Of a DNA stretch of 64,000 nt, positions 19,676-29,300 are shown piece by piece. The DNA is from a virus. Numbering within the stretch: position 1 is the first letter of the stretch; each line of letters opens with the position of its first letter. Below the pieces are notes generated by a model. That model did no database searches, was not told the DNA's origin, and was given only the letters and a program-made list of their open reading frames with translations. The stretch lies in IMG/VR virus record IMGVR_UViG_3300046007_009781, positions 3,400 through 67,399 of that record; one strand, given 5' to 3'. The position numbers and the translations under genes are program-made.

Positions 19676-20592
19676 AGTTTGTTTTCTAGGATTTTCCTAA
19701 TATCATTTTCAGTTACAGTTAATCCTACATTCACATGTGATGACTTATAATGATGTTTAAAAAATTTACTTTGTTCTGCATTTAATTCTACAATCGGCAA
19801 ACTTAATCTTAGTTTCAACTGCTCTGTTAATTCATTAGGCGGACAATGTTGAAAATTCTCCCAAAGTTTTTTCAACTTATCAAAATCTTGTACTTCGGTA
19901 TAATTCCAGTCAGTAAACATAGTCAGATATGTACCTAATCTGGCACCGTAAATGGCCCACTCACCGTTTTCTATATCCCTTCCCACTGATTGCCATATAC
20001 ACAAATGATCATAATTCCTTTGATAGACACGTTGTTCAAACTCTGTTAAAGAAGGACGTTTTCCTCTGTCTAAACACATCTTAACGCCTTCTCTAAACCC
20101 AGCACGCCAAGCTTGAAAAGGAGTTGCATTAGGATAAGTTGTGCTATAACAGTCATGCATGGCCCAATATTTAGGATCAAAACAAAACTCAACTTGTGTT
20201 TCATCTCTGCCATCTGTTGCTTCATGAGTTCTCATATTGCGTACAAACTCTTTGGTCCAGCAACTTATTCCCCCATTACCATACATCAGACCATTGATAA
20301 TATTTCTAGCTTTCCATCTAAACACACAATCCTTATTTTGTTCATTTAATTCTAATCTTAAATTAAAAAAATCTGGATCTGGCAGATTGTCCCCGTCAAT
20401 AAGAATAAAACGATCTGTGTCACTGGCTTGCCCAGCTGCTTTGTGTGCAGCATCACTGCCCTTGATTCCGTCGACACGTTTAGCCCAAGGAACTAAATTT
20501 TGAATTTTAATCCAAAATTCTTCCCGTTTAGGTTCGTCGTAAGTTAAAAAAATACAGTCTAAGTCAGCTACGTCGATTACTTCTGTAGTCAT
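19672..20592 (-). CDS. Glycosyltransferase(GT-A)-like protein
   Basis: DCIFLTYDEP, AAHKAA, FILIDGDN (DxD motif after a hydrophobic strand); paralog of the C-terminal part of 4358..5995. Confidence 0.6.
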   Translation of the reverse strand: MTTEVIDVADLDCIFLTYDEPKREEFWIKIQNLVPWAKRVDGIKGSDAAHKAAGQASDTDRFILIDGDNLPDPDFFNLRLELNEQNKDCVFRWKARNIINGLMYGNGGISCWTKEFVRNMRTHEATDGRDETQVEFCFDPKYWAMHDCYSTTYPNATPFQAWRAGFREGVKMCLDRGKRPSLTEFEQRVYQRNYDHLCIWQSVGRDIENGEWAIYGARLGTYLTMFTDWNYTEVQDFDKLKKLWENFQHCPPNELTEQLKLRLSLPIVELNAEQSKFFKHHYKSSHVNVGLTVTENDIRKILENKL

Positions 20593-20953
20593 AGTGTTCT
20601 ATGTTCTCGTATTCATCTTCTGTGGTTAATGGTAGGCTGGCATTATTTTTGACCACTGCAACACCTTTTTCACTTCTTATCAATCCAGGACGTACAAATC
20701 CCATATGTTGTGGAATAGGTTCAGGCTTACCATTTTCAATTCTATATCTGACATAATTTTTATGTATAGACTCATCTACGACTACAAAATTTCCGTCTTC
20801 AATAGGATCAGATTTTTGATTAGTTGTTCTATAAATTATGCCTTCTTCATTATAATACAGTCTATATTCATATTCAATCTTTTTGGGCGGATCTAATAAA
20901 TCAAATGCTTTAATAAGTTCTAGTAAGGCAGGATCTTCTATATTGTTGTTCAT
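20564..20953 (-). CDS. Hypothetical protein
   Basis: 129 aa, overlaps both neighbours. Confidence 0.7.
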   Translation of the reverse strand: MNNNIEDPALLELIKAFDLLDPPKKIEYEYRLYYNEEGIIYRTTNQKSDPIEDGNFVVVDESIHKNYVRYRIENGKPEPIPQHMGFVRPGLIRSEKGVAVVKNNASLPLTTEDEYENIEHYDYRSNRRS

Positions 20954-21782
20954 AATGTTCTAACCTTTCATCAGTTATAAAACTCTTTTCATAATAGTGA
21001 ATCGGATCATATTGATTCAAGTTATGTATACGTATCATGTTTTCATCTTGTTCTACTGTAGTCATTTGTTGCCAGTCACCCATGTCTGACCAATTTTGTA
21101 TAGCTGACTTCATATGAACAAAATTGATAAATTGCAGACTAGGCAGTGTGCAGTTTTCCACTCCCAGTGTTTTTGCTGTAATTGCATAAAGTACATCAGT
21201 GCTAGGCACATTTTCTCTACAATTTTTTAAAATATTATTTTTCAAATAATCCCAATTATCTAATATTTGTTTTGCTGTATGAAAAAATTGATTGGCAAAC
21301 TGACTAAATCTAAAATACATTAAACCATTGTACACATCCGGTAACTCATTATCATCAAAAAATTTTCTATATGTTCTTTTATCGGATAATTGTTGTCTAT
21401 AATTTTTACAACCCGTACTTAAAACAACATCTTTAAGTCTGAATGCAGTTAACCAATGGTCTATAGGTCTGGTCACTAACAAATCAGATTCTAATTTAAT
21501 GGTTTCTTTAAAAGGAGTTAATGTAAATGCTTGACATTCGTTAGCAAATTTCCATTCCGAATTTTCATGGTTATAATCGTGTTCTAACTCTATTATGTAG
21601 TCAAACACTTCATGACATGAAGGTGTTAAACAAGCCGCAGTGGGTTTATCTACGATTACTGCATATTTCATTTGTCTATGAATAGATTTGAAATTACAGG
21701 CTTGTGCATATGCTAATCTCAAATAATCTGTGCTGCTGTTGTTTTGTGCAAACGTTAAAAAACCAACACCACTTTTATTCAT
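20910..21782 (-). CDS. Glycosyltransferase-like protein (GT8/GT-A-like)
   Basis: GFLTFAQN..DYLRLA, TPFKETIKLESD, YNGLMYF; paralog of 21775..22605. Confidence 0.6.
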   Translation of the reverse strand: MNKSGVGFLTFAQNNSSTDYLRLAYAQACNFKSIHRQMKYAVIVDKPTAACLTPSCHEVFDYIIELEHDYNHENSEWKFANECQAFTLTPFKETIKLESDLLVTRPIDHWLTAFRLKDVVLSTGCKNYRQQLSDKRTYRKFFDDNELPDVYNGLMYFRFSQFANQFFHTAKQILDNWDYLKNNILKNCRENVPSTDVLYAITAKTLGVENCTLPSLQFINFVHMKSAIQNWSDMGDWQQMTTVEQDENMIRIHNLNQYDPIHYYEKSFITDERLEHYEQQYRRSCLTRTY

Positions 21783-22605
21783 TGCAAACCTTGTCTACAA
21801 AGTTTATAAATTGTTCGGACAACAAATAATCTTTATCCATAATGTGTAAATCTTGTTTTGCTGTCACAATTGCGTTAGCATAATTTTTAATTACTAGTAA
21901 AGAATTTTCTATATTCAAAGATTTCACATCTTCCTTGATAGTTAACATAGGCCACGGTATACTTGTATGTTGATCTAACGCATATCCGTTTAAAATAATG
22001 TTAGCTATACTAAAAGAATGATCATTTCGATAGTTACTATCCCTCATTGAATAAAGAACTTTAAAGTAATTATAATTTTGTTGAATTCGTTTTACTAGGT
22101 CGAAGAATAATCTTGTCCGAACAGTTTTTCTGAAAAGAACGACTGTGGCCCATATCAAAGGCAAACTGGAAGGGCCCATTTCTTCATTACTGATGCCTTG
22201 TGGGGTTTGCATTTGATACATTAATTTATAATCAAATTGTTGATGAAACAGTTTTAAAAGTGAGCTGTCTAAAACTAGATAATCTGTGTCTAATAATAGT
22301 GTTTCGTCATAGGGGCTCAAATCCAGCACACTACATCTATCAAAATTACGCCATTCTACTAAATTATTTTTCTTATCTAATCTATAATTTCCCGATTTAG
22401 AACTCACCCTAATGATATTGTCATATTCATACAAAGGCGTAGCATCGTTATCTGTTATTAATGTAATAGGAAGTTTGAGATGTTTACTTATTAGTCTACT
22501 ACTCAAATCTGCTATTTTAACATAATCAACTGTACTACTGTTAAACGCAAAAAGAACAACCCCTTTAGACTTTTCTAATTCGTTTGATTCTGTCATATTG
22601 ATCAT
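21775..22605 (-). CDS. Glycosyltransferase-like protein (GT8/GT-A-like)
   Basis: GVVLFAFN..DYVKIA, SPYDETLLLDTDY (DxD), WATVVLF, RNDHSF. Confidence 0.65.
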   Translation of the reverse strand: MINMTESNELEKSKGVVLFAFNSSTVDYVKIADLSSRLISKHLKLPITLITDNDATPLYEYDNIIRVSSKSGNYRLDKKNNLVEWRNFDRCSVLDLSPYDETLLLDTDYLVLDSSLLKLFHQQFDYKLMYQMQTPQGISNEEMGPSSLPLIWATVVLFRKTVRTRLFFDLVKRIQQNYNYFKVLYSMRDSNYRNDHSFSIANIILNGYALDQHTSIPWPMLTIKEDVKSLNIENSLLVIKNYANAIVTAKQDLHIMDKDYLLSEQFINFVDKVCNE

Positions 22606-22882
22606 GCCAAAGATTCATTTGTGCTTGGTAGTGGCGAATAGCTAAGGATAGAAATTCTTTTCTATTAATTTGAATAGGATTTTGATATGTGTCTTCTAAA
22701 AATAAATCATCGTTGGGCCAAACTGACACAAATGAAATCAACTCAGGCGTAATTTTGAACAATCCATTATTATAAGGCAAATGTAAATCTGCTTGGATTT
22801 TTTCTCTAAGTAATCGTTTGTTGATTTGAAAATCGGTGGATTTTTTGATTTGATCCACAATTTCGGACATACTAGAATTCAT
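22565..22882 (-). CDS. Hypothetical protein
   Basis: 105 aa between the structural genes and the GT genes. Confidence 0.75.
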   Translation of the reverse strand: MNSSMSEIVDQIKKSTDFQINKRLLREKIQADLHLPYNNGLFKITPELISFVSVWPNDDLFLEDTYQNPIQINRKEFLSLAIRHYQAQMNLWHDQYDRIKRIRKV

Positions 22883-22939
22883 ACTAAAGGTACCTATTGT
22901 ATATTACTATGTACCTTCTTTTAACTTGTGTTAAAAGTT

Positions 22940-23878
22940 TTATGCTATTGTGGCAGTGCCCCACGTATTAGACAAATACGAAGTTGACGGATATGTTACC
23001 GTAATAGTATAGTTTACAGTTACATTCATTGGATCACTGGTAGGACTAGGACCAGTTCCTGTGCTACCACTTACAGTCTGAAAATAAAGTGTAATCACGT
23101 TACCATTTCCAGCATTGGATCCTGCAGTACCATTTGTTAATATTTGATAAAGAACTGAATCCCCAGTATAAGGATAGGTCTGTCCAGCGATGGAAACAAA
23201 CGTAGTATATCCTGTAGTTAAATTATAAAATCCAGAAGCAGTTACGTCAGTTACTGCTGCACCCCCTGTACCCGTTCTGGCTGCTGCATTTGTTGCACGT
23301 ATCGTTTTAGCATTAAAATTAGTGTTTGCTAGTGTCACAATGCTACCAGATCTGACAGTACCGTCATTATTTGTAACAGATGTAACGTCAAATGTTATTG
23401 TCCCGCCAGCATTCCAAAAATATCTACATTGATCTACACTAGCAAATGTTACTGTACGTGTGGCGGATCCTGTTGATGATGCGCCGCCTGCTGCACTTTG
23501 ACTGTAGCTACTACTAAATGTTGTTGTAGTACCTGTACCAGTGGTATTTACTCGATTAGTGAAAATGTCATTGATGTATCCAGACAATGTTGAAATAAAT
23601 CGTATATTGTCTCCAGTTACCGGGGCAGTTAATCCAGTTCCAGCAGTACTAATACAATGTCTATATGCACTGTTCAAATTATTAATTAAGGTTGCCCATT
23701 GTGGTCCGGTGACCACACCTCCTGTGCTTACTTGACTAATTGCAGTTTGTCCCCATCCGCGATTATTGGTACCTGTGCTCCATACTCGATTTATAGTTCC
23801 AGATACGTCAGTTGGATTCCCGCCAACTAAACCATTGTAATCGGCTGCTTGAATTAGTCCACCTAGTGCATATGTCAT
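22940..23878 (-). CDS. Virion structural protein, tail-fibre-associated (Thr/Gly/Ser-rich)
   Basis: Beta-rich T/G/S composition, almost no charged residues, FWNAGG motif; follows the fibre gene. Confidence 0.7.
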   Translation of the reverse strand: MTYALGGLIQAADYNGLVGGNPTDVSGTINRVWSTGTNNRGWGQTAISQVSTGGVVTGPQWATLINNLNSAYRHCISTAGTGLTAPVTGDNIRFISTLSGYINDIFTNRVNTTGTGTTTTFSSSYSQSAAGGASSTGSATRTVTFASVDQCRYFWNAGGTITFDVTSVTNNDGTVRSGSIVTLANTNFNAKTIRATNAAARTGTGGAAVTDVTASGFYNLTTGYTTFVSIAGQTYPYTGDSVLYQILTNGTAGSNAGNGNVITLYFQTVSGSTGTGPSPTSDPMNVTVNYTITVTYPSTSYLSNTWGTATIA

Positions 23879-23894
23879 CGTGCTTTCCTATACA

Positions 23895-25520
23895 TTAACT
23901 ATTAAACTTAACAATAGCTAAAACTGTTCCAATATCGTCAGTTTGTTTAGATTCTAATGCTCGGCCGATTACATTAAACGCGGTTAGTTCATGTTTTTTA
24001 CCTGCTCTGGCCATTCCGTTACCTGCACTTACCAATCTGTCGCCTTTATTAATTTTCCCGATAACTTTAACCGGGACTCTACCACTGATAGCAACAGGTG
24101 GATGAGTTTCATTGGTTCCAGCCATACCATTCATTAAGTAACCAGCATTGGTACTTACTACTCCAAATACATTTTCACTTAGTTCTTCGTTTTCTAAAGT
24201 AACCTCTTCAACACCACCAATTGTTAAAACTGTACCCGGATCATAGTATGAATCTGCAACAAATCTTTCAGCTAAGTCACCGTAAAGTGCAGTGATAGCA
24301 CTACCAATTAGATAGTCACCTCTCACATTACCCACACATCTAATATTTCCTTGAACACTCATACCACCGCTGATTCTGACTGCACCTGATGTATTACTGG
24401 TTGCATTTTCTGTACCTGTAACAAATAAGTACCCAGCAGTGCTGATATTACCAGTACTTATTACTCGTCCCAATACTGTAATGTTGCCATTTGCCTGTAT
24501 ACTGTTTGAAGTAAATAAGTTTCCTGTTAGACCTATACCACCTTGAACTCTTAAAGCACCCGAACTATTACTGGTTGCATCACTGCCTTGAGTAGTCTGA
24601 ATAAAACCCGAAGTAATAAACGCTCCCGAAGTGCTTAAGTTAGCAATTGTAGTTGATCCATATTCGCCGTTAATTGTGATTGCTGCAAAAGGCGTCCCAC
24701 CAACGTTGGCAGAAATAGTAGTGTTGGCATTTAATACACTATTATAAAGCGTAGTTAAAGAACCGCTTTGACTTATAACAAAGTTATTTGCACTACCAAT
24801 TTTAATTCCGCTTGGAGTAGATATTCTAATAACATCATTGAATACTGTTTCTTCGTCTGTTCTTGCATAATTTGCTGCGGCAACTGAACCCAAAGCAGAT
24901 GCGTCTGTTGCTGTACCGACAAATTTAATATTTCCAACTGTGCTTAAATTATACCCAGGCTTTACAGTTGTAAATCCAGTAATTACACTTTGTGGGGTGT
25001 ATTCACTGTCTTTGCTTAAAATGCTTATCAATGTATCCTGCACATAAACGTTTACAGCCACATGATTATTAGTATCGCTGTCAACAATAGTACCAACAAT
25101 AAATCCGCTTTGGCCTACATTACTAGTAAACGCTGGCCCAATTAACACCCAACTTGCACCATTATATACTTTTAATTGCTGTTCTCCGGTATCCCACCAA
25201 GCATTTCCGACTACTGGCGAAGATGGTTGCACTGTATTAGCAGTAATACTACCTAAAGTTCTCCAATCAGTGCCAGTTCTTACTTTTAAATTTCCACCCA
25301 AACCTGAACTGTCCCACCATAATTGACCTTCTAAAGGAGTAGTAGGTGCAGTATCATTACTGAAATTTTCTAGCAGGTGTACTAAATCAGTGTTAAGAAA
25401 AGCACCGTAACCTGCATAATTTTTACCAACTAACGTTAATGGAGTAGAAGTACTGTTAACTGTACCATCTGCAATTGTAGTTAATAAATTACCGCTTGTT
25501 AAATTAATCGTATAGGCCAT
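23895..25520 (-). CDS. Tail fibre/appendage protein with C-terminal intramolecular-chaperone-like domain
   Basis: N-terminal LVGKNYAGYG..LLENF..PLEGQLWWD; repeats ATSNxSGAxRxxGG; C-terminal YGDLAE..GVVST..GRVPVKV..KGDRLV. Confidence 0.75.
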   Translation of the reverse strand: MAYTINLTSGNLLTTIADGTVNSTSTPLTLVGKNYAGYGAFLNTDLVHLLENFSNDTAPTTPLEGQLWWDSSGLGGNLKVRTGTDWRTLGSITANTVQPSSPVVGNAWWDTGEQQLKVYNGASWVLIGPAFTSNVGQSGFIVGTIVDSDTNNHVAVNVYVQDTLISILSKDSEYTPQSVITGFTTVKPGYNLSTVGNIKFVGTATDASALGSVAAANYARTDEETVFNDVIRISTPSGIKIGSANNFVISQSGSLTTLYNSVLNANTTISANVGGTPFAAITINGEYGSTTIANLSTSGAFITSGFIQTTQGSDATSNSSGALRVQGGIGLTGNLFTSNSIQANGNITVLGRVISTGNISTAGYLFVTGTENATSNTSGAVRISGGMSVQGNIRCVGNVRGDYLIGSAITALYGDLAERFVADSYYDPGTVLTIGGVEEVTLENEELSENVFGVVSTNAGYLMNGMAGTNETHPPVAISGRVPVKVIGKINKGDRLVSAGNGMARAGKKHELTAFNVIGRALESKQTDDIGTVLAIVKFNS

Positions 25521-25560
25521 TTGCTCGTTTATCCAAGTTTTTAATATTTATCCTATAAAA

Positions 25561-26154
25561 TTACAAGTTTGTACTTAGGTTAGTCAAACTTTGAATTCTA
25601 ATTGTATAATCGATTTGAATTAATCTATTCAATGATTTTTGTACTGGGTGAAAAATTACATGTGTAAGCAATCTACCACTTTCATTAATTAACCCTAGTT
25701 CGTCAAAAACATATGTTCCACTCATCGTTGCACTATTATCAAATGCTTGCTGTCCCGAAGGTTCGGTGTAATCTAATAAACAACTGACAAAAATATCTGA
25801 ATAAATTGTGCCAGGAGTATGTCTAATTTCAATATAGTTACGTGCAGGGTCAGTATTTAATGCACTTGTGTTATCAACTACTTTGGAATACGTTTGATTA
25901 TATAAGCTGGCACTTTGTCCAAAGGTGTTAGTTGGCAAATATGTGATTACTCCCGTAGTATCAACTGCAGTTGCTCCATTTCCAAATGCCATCAAATTTA
26001 TGAAACCTTCACCTTTATTTGCAATACTTAAAGCCAACGCTTCACTCATATTTTCATAATGAATGGCATTGTTTTTATCTACTAGAATTTGTCCAGTACT
26101 AGGATCCCAAATTTTAACATGTCCTTGAATCATTGTATTCTTTTTTTCAAACAT
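25561..26154 (-). CDS. Baseplate/tail-fibre attachment structural protein
   Basis: GHVKIWD..NAIH, MAFGNG, FDELGL, LLTHVIFHPVQKS; lies between the wedge and fibre genes. Confidence 0.65.
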   Translation of the reverse strand: MFEKKNTMIQGHVKIWDPSTGQILVDKNNAIHYENMSEALALSIANKGEGFINLMAFGNGATAVDTTGVITYLPTNTFGQSASLYNQTYSKVVDNTSALNTDPARNYIEIRHTPGTIYSDIFVSCLLDYTEPSGQQAFDNSATMSGTYVFDELGLINESGRLLTHVIFHPVQKSLNRLIQIDYTIRIQSLTNLSTNL

Positions 26155-26164
26155 ATTCGGTCCA

Positions 26165-26314
26165 TTAATTTGTTGTTTCTAAGATTGTTTGACCAGATTC
26201 GGGATCTGTAATTTTAAGAAAATTTCTTATATACATACTAGAATAATCATCAGGTTTTTTTGGATTATCCGTTGGTTCAGACTGATCTTTAGTCTCATCT
26301 GTGGTATTTATCAT
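26165..26314 (-). CDS. 49-aa ORF MINTTDETKDQSEPTDNPKKPDDYSSMYIRNFLKITDPESGQTILETTN (not in the ORF track)
   Basis: ATG 26314 to TAA 26165. It fills the gap, and its C-terminus resembles the N-terminus of the next gene. Confidence 0.6.
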   Translation of the reverse strand: MINTTDETKDQSEPTDNPKKPDDYSSMYIRNFLKITDPESGQTILETTN

Positions 26315-26352
26315 GTATTCGGTCCGATAAATCTTGTCATCTTATTTAATAT

Positions 26353-29300
26353 TTAGTAGGAGTTTAATAATCCCTGTTTTAAAAATTCTGCCTGTATAGT
26401 ATTGCTATTAAATAAACCACCGCCATTGGTTGCAGTAGATAAGTTAGGCGTGTACCATAAATTACTTCTAATATAGGCAGTATCAGCATTAAGATTTGCT
26501 GTATTCCCTGACGTTGAGATCACAGTTACATTTGATGAAATTTGATAGGACGCTGCATTGGCATAAAACCCAACGTTATTAATTACTGCAACATTTGTAT
26601 TACTTCTGATTCGGCTTACTCTGCCAACGTATCTACCATCATTTAGGAAAACATTTGATCCAATCGATAATTCAGAAGCAAAATAAGTTCCAGTGCCTAC
26701 AATAGTATTAGAAAATGCAGACACATTTATAGTTCCGTTTCCATTAATTCCAGGATACCAAATATAATTTTCGCTCTGAATCACTACTTGGTTTTGACTG
26801 CCATCATATACTATGTTGCCTGTGTAATGTGGTACCGCGCCTGTACCGTTAGTGCCTCTTCTAAGTTGACTTAAAGTGTTGGTAGTATTATCTTTAAAGT
26901 AATAAACAATACGTTCACCATTAATAAACACAACACCCGGTTCGCCACCGGCACTTGCAGGTTCTTGTAATTTGCTTGCATCAGATACATATATGCTAGA
27001 ATCTGTTAACCCCAAATTAGCAGATAATGTAGTAGAAGCAGATTGATCTACTCTCAAATACGTGTAATTATCATTCATATCTTTGAATATTTTATAGGTC
27101 ATCAAAGGATATGGATTTTCACTAGATGGAGCATTAGTCAATTTCATTACTGCGGTGGCAATAATAGGTTCCAGGTTAGTTCCAACTACAATGACGTTTG
27201 GTGTAGTTATATAACCCAATCCAGGCTCTGACACTTCAAATGAAACTGCAGATCCATTAGAATCCAATAAAATTTGTGCTTGTGCATCTAGTGCTGCCCC
27301 GCCACCAGTAATTGTTACAAATACCTCAGCTGGATTATATCCTAAACCCACATTGGCAATTTGAATATAATCAACTGCTATACCGCTATTTGCTTGCCAG
27401 CTTATGAAAACATTAGAAGTGGGATCAGCCGCAATGGTATATACTGTCATTTCTAATGTATCATAAACTCTTCCAGGTATCAATTCTTCTGGAGCATGGC
27501 TAGCATATGGGCCAACATCATATAATGCTAAATCGGTAGTTGAAAATGACGAATTGCTTGTGTAGTCTTGTATTGTGTAATAAACTTGATTATTATAAGA
27601 AACAAGATCGCCCTTTTGATAAGCTGTATTTGCTGTCCAATTTCTGAATGAGTCATATACATACGGGCCACCATCAACTATTATATCTTCAGGACGTATT
27701 CCTAAACTTGTGTCAGTGAAAGAACTTGTAATTTTGGCATCTAAAATCGCATCGCTTATCACATAAGTACCGTCACTGTCCAATTGAAACGGATCAAAAA
27801 TTACAGTGTCAAATCCAGATGTGTCAAACCCGCCACTGTCTGTATACAACGGTCCTTGTACTTGTACCCCGGGATAGTCTATTCCAGATTGTAGTAACGA
27901 AAATACTTTTGCAGGCTGTCCCAATTCTGGTTCATAATATGCTTGAATTCTATCATTGGCATTTAAAAATTTATCAACTGTGTAAATCGTTAGATTTCTG
28001 AGATTAAATGTAGCATCTGATATATAATTTGTAGAATTGACAATATAAGCAACACCGTTATAATTTACAATCTGCCCTTGATTATATGCAGTGTTAGGTT
28101 CCCAAGGTTTAACTGAAGTTCCATAAGTATATCTATCATACAACAGTACCATTTTCGCACTGCGCACTAGATCGTTTTTTAAATTTGCTCTGGCAGTTGC
28201 TCCTTGACCATTTCCGCCATCTATGATAACTGTAGGTGTAGAAAGATAATCCGATCCTTGATATAGTAAATCAATTCTACTTACTACACCATCAGTTATA
28301 TAAGCTTTCGCCACTGCATTATTGCCATTCGCACTGCCTGTAATTGTTACTACTGGCGGAATAGTATAGCCAGATCCACCGTCTACTATTTCTACGCTTG
28401 CTATATAATAACTTCTGTTAAATAACCAATCTCTATACTGTGGTAATTGCAAAGCGTTAGCATCTTCGATAAATTCACCGCTAGGACTACGACTTAACTT
28501 AAGAACTGGATCATAGTATGGAGGTACGTCAAAATCTCCCACATAACCATTCCAATTGTCATAGCCTAGATAATCTACAACGTATTCCCTTAGCGTAGTT
28601 CTATAAGGTTTAACTTCATTAATATACTGCTCATAAAAATTTTGATTTTCTTTGTTATAAATTTCAGGTTGTACTAGTCCTTTTATTTTTTGTATTGCAG
28701 TTATAAAACTAGTCTTAAATGCATAGTCTATGGTTTTTTGTTCTGTTAAGATATAGTTTATAGTTACAAAAAACAGTTCTACAAAGTTTGGATCTAATCG
28801 ATTAATAAAAATATTATTTTTTATAATATCTATTATTTCTCTAGTTTCCAAGCTTGGATTTTGATCAAAACGCCCAGTATCAAAATCATCTGCTCCAAAT
28901 CCCATATTATTATTGGCTAGGTCCCATAAATTATCGGTGAATTCAATAGTACCGTTTTGTATAGCTACTGTTTCAACTTGATTTGGGAACACTTTGATAA
29001 TGAACCAATTACCTTGGCCATTATCTAATATTTTCACATAATCACCACTTTTCAGTCTCAAGTTAGATAATTCAGCAGCGTTGTTTATAATGTAATTTGG
29101 AGGTATGCTGATATCATAATTGCTTGCATACCAATCACGATACTGCCAATATTCGTTAATATTGTAACTTTGAACTCTAATTAGATTCCAAACGTTCTTG
29201 GGTCTATACGTGACAAAATTTTCTGTATTAAATTCACTGCCTGTCACAAAATCTTCTATCGCAATCCAGGCACGCTGTGAATAATAAACGTATGTACCTT

